A stretch of DNA of 64,000 nt, taken from assembly GCA_903813345.2 (NCBI GenBank), contig CAIIXF020000001.1, positions 3,782,001 to 3,846,000 of the forward strand, read 5' to 3'. A program made the position numbers and the translations under genes. The notes below the pieces were generated by a model. That model had not been told where the DNA came from. It saw nothing but the letters and a program-made list of their open reading frames with translations, and made no database searches. Positions 58,186 through 64,000 of the stretch are shown in pieces. Source of the stretch: Owenia fusiformis. Its lineage: Eukaryota. Numbering within the stretch: position 1 is the first letter of the stretch; every line of letters begins with the position of its first letter.

Positions 58186-61100
58186 TCATACATTGAAGCT
58201 TTCTCCACATCCACATGTTCCTTTTATATTAGGATTGTTGAAGACAAATTCACTAGATAATAGTCCATCAACATAGTCCATCTCAGTTCCTAGCAATGTT
58301 AATTGTGCTTTAGAGTCTATTAAAATTTTTATTCCTGAAATAAGAAATCAAACAAGGCATTAACATGACAAAATGTCACCACCTAGTTAGGTCATTGAAG
58401 GTCAAATGTCAAATCTAGTCAGATTTGAATTTCTGAGAACACGTAGATGATTTTGAAAATTTTTTTTAGTCAATTTGAAGCAAGTTGAAAAAAGACCTTT
58501 TTGACCTTGAGAAGGTCATTGAAGGTCAAAGGTCAAATCTAAAGTCAGATTTGAACTTCTGAGAACTTGTAAAGTCAAATTTGAACTTCTGAAAAGATGT
58601 AGATGATTTTGAAAAAAAAATTTGGTCAATTTGAAGCAAGTTGAAAACAGACCTTTTTGACCTTTTTTGACCTTGAGAAGGTCATTAAAGGTCAAATGTC
58701 AAATCTAAAGTCAGATTTGAATTTCTGAGAACATGTAGATGATTTTGAAAAAAAAATTAGTCAATTTGAAGCAAGTTGAAAAAAGACCTTTTTGACCTTT
58801 TTTGACCTTGAGAAGGTCATTGAAGGTCAAATGTCAAATCTAAAGTCAAATCTAAAGTCATATTTGAATTTCTGAGAACATGTAGATGATTTTGAAAAAA
58901 AAATTTAGTCAATTTGAAGCAAGTTGAAAAAAGACCTTTTTGACCTTTTTTGACTTTGAGAAGGTCATTGAAGGTCAAATGTCAAATCTGAAGTCAGATT
59001 TGAATTTCTGAGAACACGTAGATGATTTTGAAAATTTTTTTTAGTCAATTTGAAGCAAGTTGAAAACAGACCTTTTTGACCTTAAGAAGGTCATTGAAGG
59101 TCAAATGTCAAATCTTAAGTCAAATCTTAAGTCAGATTTGAATTTCTGAGAACACGTAGATGATTTTGAAAAAAAAATTTAGTCAATTTGAAGCAAGTTG
59201 AAAACAGACCTTTTTGACCTTTTTTGACCTTGAGAAGGTCATTGAAGGTCAAATGTCAAATCTAAAGTCAGATTTGAAGGTCAAATGTCAAATCTAAAGT
59301 CAAATCTTAAGTCAGATTTGAATTTCTGAGAACATGTAGATGATTTTAAAAAAAATTTAGTCAATGTGAAGCAAGTTGAAAAAAGACCTTTTTGACCTTG
59401 AGAAGGTCATTGAAGGTCAAATGTCAAATCTAAAGTCAGATTTGAACTTCTGAGAACATGTAGATGATTTAGAAAAAAATTGAAGTCAGTCTAAACAGTA
59501 TTAGTCAATTTGAAGCAAGTTGAAAACAGACTTTTTGACCTTTTTTGACCTTGAGAAGGTCATTGAAGGTCAAATGTCAAATTTAAAGTCAGATTTGAAG
59601 GTCAAATGTCAAATCTAAAGTCAAATCTAAAGTCAGATTTGAATTTCTGAGAACATGTAGATGATTTTGAAAAAAATTTAGTCAATGTGAAGCAAGTTGA
59701 AAAAAGACCTTTTTGACCTTGAGAAGGTCATTGAAGGTCAAATGTCAAATCTAAAGTCAGATTTGAACTTCTGAGAACATGTAGATGATTTAGAAAAAAA
59801 TTGAAGTCAGTCTAAACAGTATTTGTTAAGTTATAGGAAGTTGTAAGAAATTGTTACAGACGCCGGACGCCAACCTCCAACCTCCAACCACCAACCACCG
59901 CCGTCGCAAAAAAAACGGAGACCATAACAATATGTCACCACTTTTGGTGGTGACATAATAATCAGAGAATTGAATTTCACAGAAAGGATTTGGATGTAGG
60001 AGGATGTACATGTAAATGAAGACAATATGAATGCAGGTGAAAGTATTCCGCTCTTATGAATTCAGAATATATCTCATGACACACCACATGTTAAAGGAGA
60101 AGCTGATTGCATCTTTTATTCAAGTAAAAGTGTACAATTGATAATAAAAACAGGGGTTAACGGCTACTTAAACAAATATTTGGTGAGCAAAAGTAATTTA
60201 ATTTTAAAAATGAAATGGCACTTTTTTAGTTCGCCATGTATATTTTTAATACCAATGAGGACCAATATTAGTATTTCTCTGTCCTATGACAAGTGTCACA
60301 ATATCTCTGTCAGATGATACATCCTAATTAGAATACTTTATTTGGGTCACATGAGAACAAACCTGTTATGAACTTACCATCTTGAATAACTTCCTCATCA
60401 AATTTTCCCTTCTCTGTAGCATAGTCTAAAGTATATGATAATCCATTGCACCCTCTTGTTTTTACACCGATTTTGAAACCGACCTGAAACAATATAAAAA
60501 TTATCTCTAAAAAGCAATTCCATCCATGTCTATGGATTAGCAAATCCTGAACAAAACTATGATGCACCTAAATGCACCCAATAAAATATGATGCACCTAT
60601 ACAATCCTTTTGGACTATACAATGCACAAATTAGACAAGGCATTAACATGACAAAATGTCACCACCTAGTTATGAGTTCAATCTTAAGTCAGATTTGAAT
60701 TTCTGAGAACTTGTAGATGATTTGGTCAATTTGAAGCAAGATGAAAAAAGACCTTCTTGACCTTTTTTGACCTTGAGAAGGTCATTGAAGGTCAAATCTC
60801 AAATCTAAAGTCAGATTTGAACTTCTGATAACTTGTAGATGATTTTGAAAAAATGGTCAATTTGAAGCAAGTTGAAAAAAGCCCTTTTTGACCTTTTTTG
60901 ACCTTGAAAAGGTCATTGAAGGTCAAATCTTAAATATAATGTCAGATTTGAACTTCAGAAAACATGTAGGTGATTTTGAAAAGAATTGAAGTCAGTTAAA
61001 CAGTATTTGTTAAGTTATTGGAAGTTGTAAGAATTTGTTACAGACGCCGATCACCAACTGCCAACCACCAACTGCCGTCAAAAAAACGAAGACCATAACA

Positions 61101-61550
61101 ATATGTCATCACTTTTTGGTGGTGACATAAAAAGAGAAGAACAATTCCTACTTAACGTATTTTGTGTAAGCAACAGCCTCTAAAATTATAAGTTATTTGA
61201 AGAATATGTACATTAACATGTAGGCACAATGGATTTTATCTATTGAACCCCATCATGATAAACCATGAGATCTCATTTCTTCTCAGCCCTGAGATGTTTC
61301 AAGTGAAACAGAAAGATGCTATGAGTATCAGAATGATTGTACCCCTGGAAAGTTGCATATCTTTGTAAAAAGTTTTTATAACAGGCCAATAACCAATATG
61401 ATAAATATATTTTTTTATTTTCTATAGATCGAAAAACAGAAATGAATATTTTTTGGAGGAACAGAGATCATCAAGGCATATAATATATAGGCTTACCGCA
61501 GTTGGCTTTTCCTGTAATAATTCTTTAATTCTTGAAACAGCTGCAGGCGA
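58186..61550 (-). CDS. ISCA1: Iron-sulfur cluster assembly 1 homolog, mitochondrial; 5' partial (first exon not found in window)
   Basis: Exons 61550-61497, 60483-60378, 58334-58186 in frame: SPAAVSRIKELL, KIGVKTRGCNGLSYTLDY, LLGTEMDYV, EFVFNNPNIKGTCGCGESFNV*. Confidence 0.96.
58351..59958 (+). mobile_element. Family A HINE-like element with ~10 tandem ~130-bp units
   Basis: Same termini as 2166-2911. Unit ggtcattgaaggtcaaatgtcaaatctaaagtcagatttg..gacctttttgaccttgagaa occurs about 10 times. Confidence 0.8.
60634..61130 (+). mobile_element. Family A HINE-like element (2 internal units)
   Basis: acaaggcattaacatgacaaaatgtcaccacc start and ggtggtgacataa hairpin end. Confidence 0.78.
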
Positions 61551-61815
61551 CTGAAAAACCAAAAACAATGAGATCACATTAATGAGAAATGAATTCCTGG
61601 AATTCAATCACTTTGACAAATGTTACAAGTTGTGATAAGGTTGACTTTTTTATTGATACTGTCCCCAGGTCTGATTTCGGTGATCGGCTAGTAAAAAAGG
61701 TTTGAGGGTATCATTTTGTTCCAGACACTCTCTAGAGTAAATTATCCTAACTTGAGTAAAAATGTGTGGTAAGTAAATTCGCAATGGGCAGTTAAAGAGG
61801 CGCCAACTATTCATT

Positions 61816-63360
61816 TTAGTGACATTTGGTTACAAACCTGGCTGCTCTTCTCTGTACCTGTTCCAACATATCAATATCTTTTTGTCGGTATGGATCCCAT
61901 GCCGAGCTGGCATACTCTAAATTAGGCCGGACTAGTGACTTGTACGCCTGAGCTTTCACTTTTTCAGGGCATTGATGGAGGTTGCGCCTGAGGAAACCAA
62001 GCACCTTATTGGCTTTGGATACAATAGTTTGAATATGTGTAGTCCAGCGTAAGTTATTAGTGATGTCAATACCTAGGTATGGGATGTGTGTTACCGACTT
62101 AAGGTTTTCCCCTAGCATGGTGTAATTGTGAATGATAGGGGATTTACCTTTGTGAATATTTAGCACATAGCATTTTGATGGATGGAATTTCATTTGCCAT
62201 GTTGATGCCCAGGAGACCAGTTTATCAAGATTCTCCTTTAGTGTTAATGCATCTGGCTTGCTTTCAACTGTCATGAATAAAAGGCTGTCGTCAGCAAATA
62301 GCTTAAGACTGGCTGAGGATGATAGGTTATTGCCCATATAATTGATATAAACAAGGAAACAGAGTGGTCCAAGAACTGTTCCTTGAGGAACTCCTGATTT
62401 TACTGGAGTTTTTGAACTTGATTCGCCATCGAGCACTACCTGTTGTGATCTTCCCACAAGCCAGGATCTGAACCAGTTCAAGTTATTATTGCGAATTCCA
62501 TAATAGTCGAGTTTGAGCAAGAGGCGTTCGTGAGCCACCGTGTCAAACGCTTTGGAAAAGTCTAATACCAACATGTCTGTTTGTTTATGGTTGTCGAGGG
62601 CCCAAGCTATATTCTCTATTGTTTGACAAGTTGGGTTTCACATGAGTGCTTTGACCTGAATCCATGTTGGAAGTTTACTAGAATTTCATAGAGGTCAAAG
62701 TGGGCAATAATATGATGGAATATAATATGTTCCATTATTTTACATGGAACTGACGTCAGAGATACAGGCCTGTAATTCACAGCCTCATCTCTTCGTCCCT
62801 TTTTGTAGATAGCAGTAACATTGGCATGTTTCCAGTCCATAGGCACTAAGCCTTCATCGATGGACTGTTGAAAAATTATTTAAAGGAATGGCGATATGCT
62901 GTCACTGCATTCCTTCAGGACCCTAGTCGGAATAAGATCGGGTCCAGTGGCTTTTGATGGATTTAGGCCAGTTAGCAATTTGTGAATTCCTTTTGTCGAA
63001 ATTTTGATATTTGGCATTTCACGAATTTGACTGGGTACCATTGTCGGTAGAGTAGCATCCTCATCTGTGAATACAGAATTGTATTGGTCATTGAGGATGT
63101 TTGCTTTCTGGCCGGCGTCTGTTATTTCGTCGCCATCTTTGTTACGGAGCACGCTGATACCTGATGCATCTTTGCGTTTAGACTTTATGTAGCTCCAGAA
63201 GCGTTTGGTAATGCCTTTGTGCTGAACATTCTCATTTATGATTTCGCTTTCATCAATGTCGAGCAGATCGTTGATGTAGCGTTGATGTTCTTTACGAATT
63301 TCACTATGGATTAATTTCCATAGTGATTTGTATTTATGCCAATGATGAGGTTCATTTGAA
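61816..63360 (-). mobile_element. Decayed non-LTR retrotransposon (LINE, CR1/L2-like) ORF2 fragment in ISCA1 intron 1
   Basis: Three frameshifted ORFs (62880-63395, 62616-62846, 61816-62574) with KATGPDLIP, WKHANVTAIYKKG, NYRPVSLTS, QHGFR, LDFSKAFDTV, GVPQGTVLGP, LFADDS, YLGI, LVRPNLEYAS. No endonuclease domain, truncated at both ends. Confidence 0.92.
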
Positions 63361-64000
63361 CACAACACAACACCAAAATTTATGAAATTGGTCATATTTT
63401 TCGAAATATTATGTGGTTATTTACACGTCACTAAAGAATACATAGTTCAAAATCAAAATATTTCCACAAATTATTTTTTCAATATTGAATTTATTTTTTC
63501 GAGGTCTCCTCTGCCGAAGGCAGCGCGAAGTAGGAGCGTAGCAACTACTTTGCGGGAGACCTCGAACCATTGATCACGTTTGCTCCTGTAATTATTCACT
63601 TCTTCACCTCTTTAAAATGTGATTTCAATCAGTTGATCAAATCGGACTTTGACCTCAAATTCAAATATTGATATTTATAAGAAAAAATACTGACTCATTA
63701 TTATACTTTAAAAAGTCTTTCAAATAAAGTGAAATGAAGCCAAAATCAGCTAAAATTATGCAATGTCGTAAAATGGCGTTACTGGAATATGATGCAATCA
63801 CCTGTGACGTCAGACACGTATCGCCACATCATTGATCAACAACTAAACAAACAATTAATATAGACTTCACTGATTGGTTTAAATATTCTTTGCATCATTT
63901 GTGACGTCATAAACACGTTACCCAACCAACAACTAAACAAATAACAAATAGGCATATAGGTTCGTTCAGTGCCACGCTCCTGAATCAGTTATACATGTTA

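Noticed and set aside
63495-63570. Stable hairpin (tcgaggtctcc..ggagacctcga) as a tRNA or ncRNA
   Set aside because: No cloverleaf or A/B boxes recognised; more likely the end of another interspersed repeat.

Overview
AT-rich, intron-rich animal genomic DNA, probably a lophotrochozoan such as a mollusc (inferred from gene and repeat content; the species cannot be determined). Splicing exons by hand across GT-AG junctions gives five alternating-orientation genes. These are a Neuralized(NHR)-Roc-COR-death-domain Roco gene (-, runs off the left edge), ATP5F1D (+), CARM1 (-), EXOSC3 (+) and ISCA1 (-, first exon beyond the right edge). A sixth gene is nested antisense in the 18.4-kb third intron of EXOSC3. 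Its single coding exon encodes a leaderless ~372-aa protein with an N-terminal PDZ domain, two candidate caspase sites, a C-terminal region that aligns by eye with the IL-1 beta-trefoil, and a C-terminal PDZ-ligand-like tail. This candidate invertebrate IL-1-like cytokine precursor is the most interesting object in the window. The introns are packed with non-autonomous DNA transposons (TA, TAA, TTAA, 3-, 6-, 8- and 9-bp TSD types, several nested), Helentron/HINE-type elements carrying tandem repeats, minisatellites and a decayed LINE. Coordinates were read by eye and may be off by a few bases, and domain calls come from motif recognition, not database searches.
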